Positions 16,761-32,269 of a stretch of DNA of 64,000 bases are shown here, in pieces. This DNA comes from the human T2T-CHM13v2.0 reference genome, Homo sapiens. The position numbers and the translations under genes are program-made. The notes under the pieces were generated by a model, which was given only the letters and a program-made list of their open reading frames with translations, did no database searches and had not been told where the DNA came from. Within the stretch, counting starts at the first letter, position 1. Every line of letters begins with the position of its first letter. The stretch lies in the NCBI RefSeq assembly GCF_009914755.1, contig NC_060933.1, one strand, 5' to 3'.

Positions 16761-17827
16761 CTAGGCAATGATTAAAGTTGTGAGTTTAAGAGAATCCCAT
16801 TTCTAACTGGTCAAGTACAGTCTGTTCTCCTGCAGTGTGTTGTTTGTGTAATGTGAAGAAGTTCACAAACAAATGGTAAATAGGGAAATGCCATCAGTGT
16901 CATAGGAAAATCATGTTAGCTCATGCACAAATTTTCCTGGAAAAGAGGAGACAGAAAGGTAAAAGTAGGATTATAATCTTCGTAGGAAAGGAAAAAATCT
17001 CTTAACTTGGCTGCTGCTATCATAGAAGGAGCCCTTTAAGCTATGTTTTTAAAAAAATGAGAAACAAGTTTTTACAGTCAGGCTTTCCTCCTTCCACCCC
17101 ATGTCAAGATTTGGGCTCCCAACTCTGTGCTGCTCTGGTCTCAGGGCAAGTTGGCAACTTAAGAGTAACCACTTCCGTCCAGACTGGACTCAGCTTTTGC
17201 AGCTCTGAGCCAATCCAAGTATTGCGGCTGTCTTCACCCTGGCAGTTTTATTCACTTTTAGTGTCTGTCACCAGGAATGTTCATGATATCTTCCCCAGGT
17301 TCCAATCATTGCTTTCCTTGGTGCTCTAGATGAAAAAATGCATGGACACTGAACACTTTGCCTCTTCCCCTTCCTCATCTTTTTTTTTTTTCATAAACTT
17401 CGTTATATTTGGTGCAAAAGTTTACAAAATGTGGAGTTTTGGGGGGAATGAATATGTTGCTTTATTTCAAAAATACCTTAAGTGCCATAGGACCTAACGG
17501 GAGATCCACTGAGGAATTACTTATCAAACTCTCCTGCAAAATAATTCAAGCCTGAAACTACAGGCTCCAGGTGAAGATCTCCCCTCCATGTAACTCAGTT
17601 AATGTCAATGATTGTGGAGGAAAGTCAGGAAGAGTGGAAAGAGATTTTAGAGAAACAACAGCAAGAAATGAGAGGAAAATATGGAAAGTGCTTCTGAGAT
17701 TATCTTTCTAAAATATAGCCATAAATCATGAAAACATTTTATTCTGTTTTGCAATAGCACACCCACAGACATTCTTTCCAGTTGACTTTTTGATTTGAGG
17801 GCTTGTGGGTCATTCACAAAGTACAGC

Positions 17828-17859
17828 GTGTGTGTGTGTGTGTGTTTGTGTGTGTGTGT
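17828..17859. repeat. Interrupted (TG)n microsatellite
   Basis: Direct reading of the sequence. Confidence 0.9.
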
Positions 17860-18929
17860 TTCCATTATAACCTTGGTTCAACTAAAAATGAAGTGGGATT
17901 AGAGTCAACAATCTCTTTGAGTAGTCTGAGAGGCTGGAGCAGGAGCATTGTGATTTAGTGGTTAGAGCTTCTATTAAAGGAACCCTGACAAGGTCATTGT
18001 CCTCAAGAATATAGAAGTTTCAGTGAAGACAAAATTTAGGGCTTTCTGTGGCCTTTGATATTTCTATTTTGTTATGTTTTTGTTTTTAATCCAAAGGATA
18101 TTCAGGATTTACAGTTACTATCATCAGGAACCTCCAACAGATTACCTTTTAAAGCATTAGCAAAGGAGTTAATGTGTGGGCAAGCTCCTATCTCAGGGTG
18201 TCAACCTTGCTACTCCCCTCTGCCTGGAATCTGCTGTACTTGAGTATCACACGGTGTATGGGCGAGGCACTCACTGATCACCTTTCCCCAGGCACTCCCT
18301 GTCCTCTTTCTTGATTTACTTTTCTGTAGAACGCTCTTACCAGTTAATGCATTCCATATTAATTTTTTTGTTTATGGCTAGCAATTGATCCAGAAAAACT
18401 GTTTATAAATTTCGAGGTTATCCAAATTTAAAAGCACCAATTTCCTATTTGTTTTTTTGCTAGGTGAGAAAACACTTTTTACCAGGAGAAAGAGAGAGAC
18501 AAAGAGAAAAAAGTGGAGAGACAGAAAAATATAGAGACACAAAGAAATAAAGAAACATAATTGGAGAAAATACATTTTTGTAAGCCTTGTTCAGATCCTT
18601 CTAAATTACATACCAGAGGCCACCCTAGGCCCAAGATTAAATCATGAATATTCTTAGAAGGTAGGCTGAAAACATATCCTCAAAAGCCACTTTTTGCTTC
18701 ACAGGTATTGAAAAGGTAACACTTTTTCCCACTCTTGAAGGCACTTTAAATTATAATTAAACCAAAGAGTTTAACATGGATGCTGCACAGTAGTCACTGC
18801 ACTGGAAAATATACAGCCTATGTGATTTTAGAGCAGGTTTGTAGAACAGAAATAGTACACAATTTTCACAGATCAGCCACAGACAATTTAGGTTAAAAAA
18901 ATTGCTCAAAAGAGTTGCACTTGAAAACA

Positions 18930-19250
18930 TACTCATAAAAAGGAATGAACTTCGGATACACGCAACACGCATGAATTTCAAATGCATTATTCTAGGTGAA
19001 AAAGTCACACTCAAAAGTTTACCTACTGTGTGGTCCTATTGATATGACATCTGGACTAGGAAAAACCATCAGGACAGAAAACAGATTAGTAATTATCAAG
19101 GCCTGGGGTCTAAGGAAGGGATGGGTACAAGGGAGCATGAGGGAACCTGTGAACTTGTCCAAACTCATAGAACCATACACTAACAAGAGTGAATCTTACT
19201 GTATGTATATCTGCATAAACCTGACTTTAAACAAACTAAATAGCAAACAA
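18930..19250 (+). mobile_element. L1ME/L1MC-type 3'UTR relic
   Basis: CATAAAAAGGAATGAACT…GCATGAATTTCAAATGCATTATTCTAGGTGAAAAAGTCACACTCAAAAG. Confidence 0.7.
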
Positions 19251-21876
19251 TAACGATGACAATAAAATGTATGCCCAATAGAAGAACCCAGTAAGAGTGG
19301 CTGTCTCTTAGATGGTGAACAGGAAGACTTGGCACAAGGGTGCCATTTTGGAACTTCTTGGATTTTATGCCATCCATATATTCTTCTCACTCAAAAATGT
19401 GAAAGTAACAAAAATTGTGTGTGTGTATACACGATACTCTACTGATTCTAAATGCAAGCTTTTTCATATTTTAATATCTCTAAACTCAGAGTGCATCTGA
19501 GTACCATGTCACAGGTTTTTAATTTCTTAGCGGTACACACAACACTGATGTGTTTTAGATTTTTTTTAAAAAATAGCCTATTTTCCAGGATTGCCTGCTA
19601 GTTCTCTGTTAGACAGTGGAGTTGTCAAAACTAACAAGGTAGCTAAAAAGAGCGCCCGAAGCAATTCAACTCACAGTGTCCCTTAGGCAGATACTATTGT
19701 AAACTATCAAACAAGCAAAAAAAAAGAAAAAAAAAAAGAAGAAGAAGAAAGACAGAAAAAAGAAAAAGAAAAAAGAAATTAAAGAGGTGCTATTCTCTTT
19801 ATTTTAGAAAGAAAATATCTGAATAGCTCGCAAAATGAATGAGTCATGTGGCTTCTGCAGCAGCCCAAGTGGTGGAAATCAGACTGTTCTTGTCCTCGGG
19901 AAAACAACACTAAGCCACATCTGTGATGAGCCAGAAATCAGTTTTATGTAAAAGAATATGTGAGGGAACAGAAAGGGGAAGAAGTCTGGAAAATCCATGG
20001 CACAAACCCACAGCAAATTCATCCTGAAGTTTGCACGTGTCACTTACCAATGCGAAAAGACTGGAATCAAGACAGCTCTTCAAGAGGCCTGAAACCATCA
20101 TGCACTGAAATCAGAATCAAGGACCTCCCTGGGTTTTACACACAGTTCCAGCTACAGAAAAGTTTCAGGATAAGTTAGTATCCACTGGGACTTTGCAGAC
20201 CAGAATAAGAATTACCCACCAAAGACCATACATGACATGGAATCAGAAAGCTTCCAAATTCATATGGGTGTTTGTATTACTTTGCAACTAATTTATCACC
20301 AAGCCTTTTATCATATATCACTAGACATTTTAATATATGTAGGGTTCCATTCTTTCCTATCCTGTTATTTGCTAAAACATTTCTAGCTTCGCCTATCCCA
20401 TTTATATCCTTGTCTAACCCTCTGCCATTTTCACATAGATTTGGGGGCTTTCGAGATACGGAGGTTGGAGGAAATGGTGAAAGGCATGGGGGAGAAAGGC
20501 AAGCGGTGCTTAAGGCAGGGCTGGAGGGGAAGCCTCAAAGATGTTGGACACTTCTGGGAATCTTACGGGAAAGAAAATGGAACGTTAACTGTAGTGAGTT
20601 TTGTACATCCTTAGTAATAAAAATAAAGAATGTGGGTAATTGAAAGATTATTGTGGGTTTAATCAGATGCATTTTCTGACTGTGCCATTGCTCTAAGGCT
20701 GTACCTCATGGATCATGGTTTCAAGTGAGGCTATATCAGGGGCTATTTTCTAGACCATGGATTAACTGTTACCCTAGACCTAAGTTAAGAGTGCATTTTC
20801 CCCATGGCAGGCAGATTTTTGGAAAAATGGTATAAAAACAAAAGAGTCAATTAAATCCAACCACTGATGACTGCCAGAATAATCCTGAAGAGCTGAAGAT
20901 ATGTTGTAAAGACAAATAATACCTGTTGCGATGAATGGTAGAATGCAGGAGAGGTGAACTTTTGTAGTGCTGTGTGAGTTTTGTATGACAACAGTGTTTG
21001 AAACCCATTTTGAGAACTGGTAAGCTCAAAATTAGTTTTCAGCCAACATCTTCTGACACCCAGGTTCTAAAATATTAAGGTACTTTGAGATCAAGAGAAA
21101 GTACGTGCAGGAAATGCCCAGACTAGTTGGAAGTTATTGCCCTATTCTATCAGATGATGTGTTGTGGCTGTGGGACTTAAAATTAAGCAGACTTTGGAAT
21201 TGCTGGTACAAGTACTCACTGCCAGAAACTTAAGAAATTAGTGGTAGATATTTTGCTAAGGCCTGGAGAATAAGAATGAGGTTAGAACATGCCTTGGAAT
21301 TGCTAGAAGGATAGCAAGACTTGGAAGTAAACAGATGTTGTCATTTATGGAGAGTTTGTTGGGCCTCACCCTAATGTTGCTTGTTGATTGTGGGCCTACA
21401 TTTTTAAAAGACCAGTCAGAGAGAATGACACACCATAGGTTACCAGGAGATGAATTAACTGTTATATGGATGAATTTAATGGGGTACCTCTAATCACAGC
21501 TGTTCTGCCACTGCATAATGAACATGACTAGCCCTTACCATAGTCGATCTGCTTTTGGATACTGTGAAGTTGGCAGTATTTGTCTGTCTTAACCACCATG
21601 TAAGGATATCTGTGCCCACCACCCCATCTGTCCCGTCTGTCCCTAGTAAGCAGGAAGTCTGAGTAAGGGAGTAGAGAATCCAAAACAATGCATTCTGACT
21701 TGGGAAGATCAAAGAAGGTCTTGCTAAGATGTGAGATGTGAATTTTGAGCTGAAACTTGAAGAATAAGGTTCTGTGAGGTGACAAATATGGAGAGAAGCA
21801 TCCCCAGTACAGGACACAGCATTCTCTAAAATATGAATATGTAACTGTGTTTGTTAAATTTGCAGTACATTAAGGC

Positions 21877-21878
<2 letters not shown>

Positions 21879-21911
<33 letters not shown>
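21879..21911. repeat. (TG)n microsatellite, about 16 units
   Basis: Direct reading of the sequence. Confidence 0.95.
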
Positions 21912-21914
<3 letters not shown>

Positions 21915-24900
21915 GCAGTTTTCTCTAAGAACATGAAAATAGTGGACCATAGAGAGGATAGTTGGGGAGGCCATGAAGGACTTGAAATACCATCCAAAGG
22001 CTGTAATTTTTTTCCCTACTTTCTCAGACATTTCTCTCTGGGCAGCAGAGTAGCCTAGTAAAATGCTGACGTTGCATGAGCTAGAACGACCCCTGACTAC
22101 TTGCTCAAAGGTGATTTAACTGCCTAACCCAATGCTGAGCAGTGAAAACTTGTCTGTGTCTAGGATTCTAATGGCCAAGACTCAGACGCCCTAGGTAAAA
22201 AGTATGTTGAGTAAGCTAATGTAAAGTTTTTACGTGGGCCAAATTCTAACTGTGGCCACATTCTAAACTCCCCTATATCTCTCCCCTGAGTTAACTGAAA
22301 TTAACAGTGACTCACCAACCATCAAAGGGATTCACAGGCTTTAAAAAGATGAGCCATTAATGAAGGCATCTCTATATCAGCTTCAAATTGGTGTTTTAAA
22401 TCTTAGTTGACTCCTAGGCATTCAAGTATGAGGCAAAGGGGATCATCATTTGTATTAAAAGAGACATCCCCAAATCAGAACTGGTTTAATTCCAACCTAA
22501 TTTTGGCTACTTAAGGAGAGTAAGAATTAAAGAAGTAACAACCAGTTTTTAGTGGATCTGAGAATGAAAAAGTTAACCGTTTGATTTCATTGGGGCCTAT
22601 TCCACATTAGTTTATTTGAATCTTGTATTCCAGCAAAGGCAATAAGTTCCTATGAAACCAGTTCTTAGTATTAAGCTCATCCATTTGGTGCCTCTGCCAA
22701 CTGTATGGAGTTGTCTCATGAAGTCTGAGTGAGATGTTGTCTATTGAAGTGCTTTAGTGTATTGCATGATACAAAATTGCAGCTCAATAAAAATTGATCT
22801 TATCAAAATTTGAAAATCAAACTTAATGCTTTTAAGAGAGCAGTCGTTTCATCTGAGCCTCACCACAAACCTGTAAGTAGAATCATTCCCATTTTACTGA
22901 TGAAGAAACAGTCTCAGGTTTGAGGTAATTCCCAGTAATCACAGCATGACAACACAGATAAGAAGACCAAGCTGCTAAAATGCACTGGCTGTGGTTTGCT
23001 TGCTTGTTTTGACATATAAGCCCCTAAAATATATTTCCTAAAAGATATGTTTATGTCTGTCTACCCACATTAACCTAAGTGCCCCAAAAGGCAGTTTTCA
23101 CATCTGTCTTGTTCATGTCTCCATTCCCAAAGCCTAGCACAGTGTCTGGAAGACAGAAGGTTCTCAATATTCGTTAAGTGAGTGAATCACAAAATATCCT
23201 TTTATCTTGATTTGTTCTCTCCTTGGATTTCTTAGTCTTTTCTGCTATTCAGAAGCTTAGCATTAATCAAATGGACACCTATACCTAGATACCCATTAGC
23301 AGGTTTTATCTCAAAAGAAAAGCAATGTGTGACTGAAGTCACACATTTGGATAGTTTTGTTTTCCACACAGCAGAAATGAGCAAATGGGCATGTACACTG
23401 TAAAGCCACCATGAGAACTGAGCTGGCATGGGGAGTTCACTGTTGTGGTAATATTGTTGTGGTAATAAGCTCACACTTCTGGCTGCAGCCAGGCTTTGGG
23501 AGAGGATCTGAAAGTGTTCCTTCAATTCCACTTGTCTGAAGATTGCTGGGATGCTTCCCCACCAGCCCGTTTCATCTTTCCCTTCCCTGATTCATCTTGA
23601 AGGAGGAACTAAGCAAAGGATGAGAGCTTCGTGTGGTTGATTATGAGAAAGTTCAAGGCAGCTGTTCATTTAGAAGCTGTAGAAAGAGATTGCCTCACAC
23701 GCTTACATTTAAGGAAACATAAGCCTGGAGTAATTCATTTTCCAGTAGAAATTGTCCTGAGTCATTTCATTTTAAATGGGAGCCCCAGTCACAGTTAGGG
23801 ATGAATTTAGCAACAAACAACATAAGGATTTTTTTCAATCTCAGCTTTATTTTCTGAAACTGTCTTTCAAACAGCCAGAAAACAACTTTAAGTTTTGAAA
23901 GAAAGAAGGAAAGAAATAAAGAGAAAGATAAAAGAAACACAAAATGACTAATGTTTTGAGATTTAGGGGCAAATTCCGTGCCCTATGGCTGAATCTTATA
24001 CAAAATAGAGAAGTATTGAGATGCACTTGCAAATACGGAAGTTCGTACCTTTATTTAATTGGGTTAATATGTTTAATTTATTTTTTAGCCAGCTGGACAC
24101 TGGGATTTAATCTGACGACATGCACAGAGATGTGCAATGATGTATATGTAAGGGGAATTCTTCACAACAAATCTATGTCTGAGTGCTTTGGCCTCATCCT
24201 TCCTTGATGCAGTCTCTGCCTGCCCTAGAAACAAGAGAACACCTGTTATTCTCTCGCCACGTGTTAGGGACTCTGTAAGCACTTTACCAGCCCATCTCAC
24301 AACACCCTTCCAAGTTTTCTATTTTTATGATCTCAACTTTACATGTGAGAGACTGAGGTCAAGAGAGACTAAATAACATCTTAAGGTCATTCATGGAATA
24401 TGGAATAAAGTTCAGAACAGGAATTCTGGCAAATTGAGCCCTAGAATTTAAGTACTTAAGCATGATTGTCCACTCCTCCATCTCCTGAAGTGTGTATCCC
24501 TGGAAAACAGGATGTTTTCTGTACCAAAAGAACATGGAGAGATACTTCCACAGCTAAGTATGTCTCTTAAAAGTGTTTGTGTGTGTGTGTGTGATAATGG
24601 TGATGATGATTTCCTTAAAGCATTTTACTGTTGATAGCTCATCATCACCTCTAGCCAATGAAACACAGAGTCCACAAAAATGCAATTTGTCTGCCCTGGT
24701 TCACCAAAGGGATAAAACTTAAAAGACAAAATTTGTAAGACAAAACTTAAAAGATAACCATAAATGTGGCTTGTGAGCAAAGTAGGGCAGGTGGCGCAGC
24801 CATCAGGGTGGAATTTTGTTGTGTACCCTGTAGCAGCAGAAAAGCCCTACATTTGAGCACAGGAAGCCCAATAACTTTGAGTAATTTTGAGCAAGGTACT

Positions 24901-25043
24901 TAATCCTTCCAAATCTCAATTTCCTCATATGTAAAATGGGAAAATAACACTTGTTCTGTCTACCTTTTCTAGTTATTGTAAGGGGGTAAAAATTGTGTCA
25001 ACGCGAAGACGAAAACTCCAAATCAATGCATTCGTTTACTCAG

Positions 25044-25399
25044 TGTATTGGTCTGTTCTCACGCTGCTAATAAAGACTTACCCAAGAATGGGTAATTTAT
25101 AAAGGAAAGAGGTTTAATGGATGCACAGTTCCATATGGCTGGGGAGGCCTCACAATCATGGCAGAAGGCAAATGAGGAGCGAAGTCACATCTTACATGGC
25201 AGCAGGCAAGAAAGAGTGTGCAGGGGAACTCCCATTTATATAACCATCAGATCTCATGAGACTTATTCACTATGACAAAAACAATATGGGAGAAACTGCC
25301 TCCATGATTCAATTATGTCCACCTGGCCCCACCCTTGAAACATGGGGATTATTGCAATTTGAGGTAAGATTTGGTTGGGACCACAGCCAAACCATATAA
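25044..25399 (-). mobile_element. THE1 (THE1B-like) solo LTR
   Basis: TGTATTGGTCTGTTCTCACGCTGCTAATAAAGAC…CCAAACCATATAA; TSD CTCAG at 25039-25043 and 25400-25404. Confidence 0.92.
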
Positions 25400-25513
25400 C
25401 TCAGCCATTCATTCAACAAATATTTATTGGGTGTGTACCCTGTGCAGGCATTAGGTCCTGGAGTTATGCAATTTTAACTATAGGAAAAGATTCTGGATTA
25501 AAATGGAATTTGA

Positions 25514-25852
<339 letters not shown>

Positions 25853-26404
25853 TTATTTGGCTTTCTTTTTAGGAGTCAGATGTTATAAACAGAATTGAAT
25901 ATTTTGGGAAATTCTCAACCTCTCATCTTACATTTGGCCACGGAATGCCTGCAGGAAACAAAACAACCAAAATGAATTCAGAGCCCAGCGTAGATGGGTA
26001 CATCAAGGGAAATCCTGGCTGTCAGGAGGGTGACAGCTCCTGTGCAAGCCACACTGCTGTTGTGTGTGTAGCAGAAGGAAAGCCTACCCTCCCTGCACCA
26101 CATCCCACGCAGCCCACACCAACTCTGCCTCTCCATGCACTGCCCACCCAGACCTGCAATTAGCACATTCATCAGTGTGCCTGGTGTTTCCTGGTGATGG
26201 AGGGCCCTGAGGTGCTCCATTTAGGAGTTAGGCTCTGCCACCTATAGCTCTCCTTGAGCCCATCTATTTTCTCCCATTCAGATGTACACCTTTTGTTGCA
26301 TGCAATGAATTTTCTGATTTCTGTGTAGTCATTAGAGGGAGAGACCTCACATTAGGAAAATGACCATCACAATAAGCATGCCTATTGGCTACCTTAACTT
26401 GAAA

Positions 26405-27135
26405 CAGGAACATGGGCCTGAGGCCAGAACAATTGCACAGGGTCCTGCCCTCAAGAGGGTTGTCCTTAGAATTTAGTATTCTGTGGTTGTCATCTTGATA
26501 TTCTTAATCATCTCATCTTTGGCTTTGTGTTTTGTAAATAAAATTTGATGAGACAGGGAAGCAGGCACTGAGGCTGAGGGCTTGGAGATTTGGTTTACAC
26601 AGGGTCCTCTTCGGGACATGTTCTTGGCCTTCCTACTCTCTGGAGTTCTGGGTCCTGCTCGGCCTCCTCCTCCTCCCTGCCCGCACCCAGCAACTGGCCC
26701 TGGTCGGGGCCTAGGCACAGGCACTGGGATTTTCAGGTGTCTCAAGGCAGCAGCATCATGATGCATTGGCGGGGTGACTTGGTGGAGGTAAGCCTCTCAT
26801 CTGCCTTGACTGCATGTTACAGGGGTGACAATACCTAGGGGGTCATCCATCTGCCTGGGTCAGGGGAAGTTGATCCAGGGAAGTGAGGGGGATCATGGCA
26901 GCCAATGCACACGCTCATGCTTTGAAGGCCTCTGTGGGCTTGTGAGGGTCTGCACTGGCCCTGCGGGCAGCGACACTAAATAGGAACTATAAAACACCAC
27001 AGCAGATCAAGAGGGAGTGGAATGGGGGGAGAAATGCTTGATATTTTAATTCCTAACACTGCTCCCTGCTTTCTGCACAGGGACCCCCACAATTTTACTT
27101 TATACTGGGCCCCAAAAATGATATAGCCAAGCCTG
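26405..27135 (+). mobile_element. MER45B/C-like hAT-Tip100 DNA transposon
   Basis: Ends match MER45: CATGGGC…GCACAGGGTCCTGCCCTCAAGAGGG…TCTTGATATTCTTAAT and TTTATACTGGGCCCCAAAAATGATATAGCCAAGCCTG. GC-rich interior. Confidence 0.7.
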
Positions 27136-27174
27136 AGTGAGAAGCTCATTTCTGGGATTCTAAAGATCTGACTC

Positions 27175-27340
27175 TTTTTTTTTTAATTGACAAACAACAA
27201 TTGTATATATTTAGAGGGTACAATGTGGTGGTTGAAATATGTATACAATACAGAATGATGAACTCAAGCTAGTGGGAACGTTCAAAATCTATCGTCTCAG
27301 AAATTTTGAAATACAGATTACATTATTATTAATTATCTGA
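27175..27340 (-). mobile_element. L1MA 3'-end fragment
   Basis: TTTTTAATTGACAAACAACAATTGTATATATTTAGAGGGTACAATGTG. Confidence 0.7.
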
Positions 27341-28712
27341 CTTCGTTTTTTAAAAAACGCTCACAGATTAAAAGCAAAAACAAACAAAACACAATGCTGA
27401 TAAAGACGACCTGTCTCCCCAGCGAAGGGGCAAGGGAAAAAGAACACAAGTTACTTTTACCACATGACCTTTCCAGACAGGAGCAGGGCTGGAGCTTTGG
27501 GGACACCACAGAAAGTCTGTTTTGTTGTTGTCGGGGGTGCAGGGTGGTGAGCAGAGAACATCTTTGTTTTAGAGATGAGGGAACGTAGGCGCAGAAAAGT
27601 TAGCCGGTTCACCCCAGACACTGAGCAAGTGCCAAACTTGAGTCAGTGGACACTAAATCTTTATAAGGGGAGAAAAATGCTCTGGAACCCTGGTCCTGAC
27701 AAAAATCATTTTTATTAGAATGTCACTTAAATATGTAAAAACCTAAACCTAAGTGTGACCTCTGTAGTTGCAAAGCTTATGCAACTGTAAACTCAAAACA
27801 TATTCGCACATCAAATACAAATGAAACTACAAAGCTAATTAAATTCAAATTAACAAAAATACTGTAATAGAGGGCATTTTGCTCAAACTAAATCAAGTTG
27901 ATTTAATTAATTTGGATTTATTTAATGTTTAATTTAATTGTATAAATATACTTTCATGGTTTGTTCTATATTAAATATTTCTTAAATTTTGACTTATGCA
28001 TACATGGGGAACTCATGAACACATGGGCATAAAATAATGTTAGCAATTTCAAGGTAGTTTTAAATATTTTGTTTTATTTTATTATATTATTATGACTATA
28101 TTTCCCATTTAGGATCATCGGACCTCATGCTTAACAAAAATTGCCACTTTTGATGGAGAGTTGCTTGGTCACTTTATAAAATCGTGCTGCTCAATTGAAA
28201 ATGAATTTTATGATGACAATGCTAACAAATCTGCTCTAATTGAATATCTAAGCCAATTATTTCTGCACTTAGGACTGGAGCACTTCCACACTGAAAATTT
28301 ACTATTACACTTTCTGCTCACGAAATGTTGGTAAGTATTGCAATAGTTGAATGTAAAGGGCAGTGATTACTTACCAACCAGTGTGGGGGTACTGCAGTAT
28401 TTAAATACAGGTTAGGGCTCCACCATACCAGCCCAATATCAGTCTTGCCTATTACAGAAATTTATCCTGCCCTTGGCCATGGCCTTTCCAGTCATTGCTC
28501 ATTGATGAATGTACATAAATATGTCTGTGTATGCGTGAGTAGCATGGCGTGAGTGTGGGTGCTGTGTGTATGCAGATAGATGTATGTACGTGGGTGTATA
28601 AATTTGTATGTGTATATGTAAATGTTAGGAAATTTGGCAAATTGGAGGTAAAATTTTAAGGCTCACCAATAATCTTTGCTAAAGTTTTTGTTCTGCACAT
28701 AGTAGGCACTCA

Positions 28713-29072
<360 letters not shown>

Positions 29073-29261
29073 TTACTTTTTCTTGGTCCAGGATTTCCCA
29101 TCAAATCCAAGCCAGTAAAGCATGTTATCCTATGTTTTGACTATCTCAGGCTGGTAAAAATAACTTATACTTTGCCTTTTTTTTTCATTTGACCAATATT
29201 TACCTAATACTTACTGTGACTTAGTGAAAAGTGCAGAGCATTTTATAACATTATGTTACTC

Positions 29262-29717
29262 TATAGTTGTTTTAGATTGTGTTTCCCAGGGACCAGAATT
29301 TTGCTTGGGAGGTGATTCCAAGGAGTGCTAGCAAGGTTGGAGAGGTGAGAGTGCGGAGGGATAGAAGCCAGTACAGGGTGCGTTCATGAACAGTTCCTGC
29401 TGTGGGCAGCCAGGCCTCCATTCCATTGGGAACCTCTGAGAGAGGATGTAGAGCCTCAGTGCTGCCCCCCAGCTCCCCACAGGGTCCAGAAGGCTGCAGC
29501 ACTTACTTACCCACTTCTTGTTTTGTTGGTGAGAAGTCCTGCTCCCATGGGCCATGACTTCCTAGCACTCCGGTCTGCCTCACTCATGTGTTGAATATGA
29601 CTTGGTGGCCAGGAAGTCCCTGCAAAGACAGGTAGGGAGCCTGGGGTAAGAAGACATAAGTGTTCACAGGGAGAAGGCATGCCAAGGGGGGTTGAGTGGG
29701 GTGCCAGCACCCCTACA
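29262..29717 (-). mobile_element. ERVL LTR (LTR16/LTR33-like)
   Basis: TTGGGAGGTGATTCCAAGGAG…CCATTGGGAACCTCTGAGAGA…GGGGTGCCAGCACCCCTACA. Confidence 0.55.
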
Positions 29718-29950
29718 ATACTCATTGCAAATCTGTTGTTATATATATTTTGATGTGTGAGGAAGTGGGGGGTCCTGGAGAAGCTAAGTAACTCTCCCAG
29801 GGTCACAGGGATAATGAGTGCAGGAGCTGGGATTCGAACATGGCCATCTGCTCACAGAGTCTGTGCTCTTTACCACTGCAGTGATAATCAAAATGAATTT
29901 TATTCCTCCATGTGTTTTTCTCCAAAATATTCACTTCAAAACCTAAACAG

Positions 29951-30270
<320 letters not shown>

Positions 30271-32269
30271 CATAAATGGATCTTAAGTCTGTGCACTTCA
30301 TAATTTGCCGAAGGAGAAGTCATTTGATAAACATCAGACCCTTAATAATATGTATTTTGCTTTTCCATTGTCTCTGAACAAATATTTCTGAGTGTGTTTC
30401 TGCTTTTTCCTGGATGGTTCTCCGAAATAAAGTCTGACACCTTTCTATTAAGACTGAATGCAAATTGTTCAAAGAGAAACAAACAATTATGACTGCTGAG
30501 TTTGAAAGAGCATAGGAACTATGCTACCATCAGAGTTGGCACTGTGTGTCCCAAGGATCAGGAAATGGAACTGGGCACCTCACAAGATGAGTATTATAGT
30601 TTATTTATAACATTTGCATAAAAGTAAAAGGGAGAAAGACATAGAGCTAACAATAGCCTCAGAGTCCAGGTGACAAGGACCTTATTGTGAAATGAACTGG
30701 TCCTCCTGGCTCTTGTTAGTAACTCCCCCTTCATGAACAAGATCCAAGACAGACACCTTTCAGGGAATGCCATCTGGAGTGAACTGCGGGACATGGAGGT
30801 TTCCTGGATCTATGACTCGTAAATCAAAATCCTGGAAGTAAGTCACATCCATTTCAACTATTTCAACCTGACCTCCCCATGCACTGAGTAGGCCTTGTGC
30901 CAGCATTTCAAATCTATTCACTGTGTTCATGGCTATGTCTGTCAGGTGATGTAAGCAATATCACAACAGCACAAGACATGGTCCCAACTGCAGAGAATAT
31001 TTCCATGTTGTAGGAAATTGTATGGAGATATCCATTTTTATAAAGGATATTGTGTCTGTAGAGTATAGTCTTCCTCCCCTGGCCTGCCTGTTTCCAGGTC
31101 TCTTCCTACCTGTAAACTCTTTTGCATCAGGGAGGTTTGTGCTATGGTAGGAACCTGAAGCTTTTTAAGGTTGGTAATTCAACTCTTCTTGCCTTTGTGA
31201 AAGCCTGGATGGATTGAAATTTTCTGGATGTCCTTGATACAAAGGACTATAAGGAGTCTTATCTTTCAGGGCAAAAAGATGGAAGCACCGGCTTACCCCA
31301 GACCAGGAAGTGGGTAAAGTTCCAAAGTTGTTGGCAAAACAGGGACCTATAGGCATGTCTCTGGAAGCACCCTAGTGAGTTTGCAGAGCCTCTGAGGTAA
31401 TGTGGTGGCACTGGGCTCCTAGGGAGGCTGGAGCCCAAGCACTGAAGATTTGGCCTCATGCATGGCCCAAAAGCAGAGATCTGCCACACAGACCCTTTTG
31501 TGTCTGGAAATCACAGACCCTTTTCTGCCTCTGAATGCCAAACACAAGCTTCTCAGATTTTTTAAAAATATAGAGAGAAGGAGAAGTCACAGGAGTGACT
31601 CAAAATAATTTTCTAGCCTGCCCAGTGAAGGAGGATGAGGTCAGTTTGAAGCAATTTTAAAGGTATTTCTTGACTGCTTGAGTCCGTAGTTTCACATTCA
31701 AGACAAAATAATAATATGAAATGCATACTTCAGTGCGCCACAGGGCTAAGTACAGTGTGTGGAACTCTCATACGATCCTCACAGATCTCTGTGAACTAGG
31801 TGGTTTTGTTTGTGCCACCTCCAAATGAGGACAATGAGGCCTAGAGAGTTCTGGTCTTTGCTCAAGCTAGTGCCTCATCAAGGTGAGATGTGACACAGGC
31901 CAGTGGATTCCAAAGCCTGTTCGTTTAACACAACCCTGTAAGTCTAACTTGTGAAACAATTAGGACACCAGCCATCAGGGTATATAGGTAAGAATCCAGT
32001 TCCTTTCAGCAGTGAATGTTGGAGTATTTCAGAGAAAGCAAGACCCATGTGGACTCAAAGCAGGAATATAAGCATCAGGAGGGCTGATGACTTAATTGAT
32101 TTTGTTCAACAATGTTTCCCACGTGCCTAGAATAGGGCATGGCCCATAGTAGGAGCTTCATAAATATTTGATAAATCAGTGAATGAATGATTGACAGGAG
32201 TCTAGAATTCTGTCTTATATGAAGAGACAAGAGGGCTTTAAATAATCCAAAGGAAAGAAGAAAGCCATT

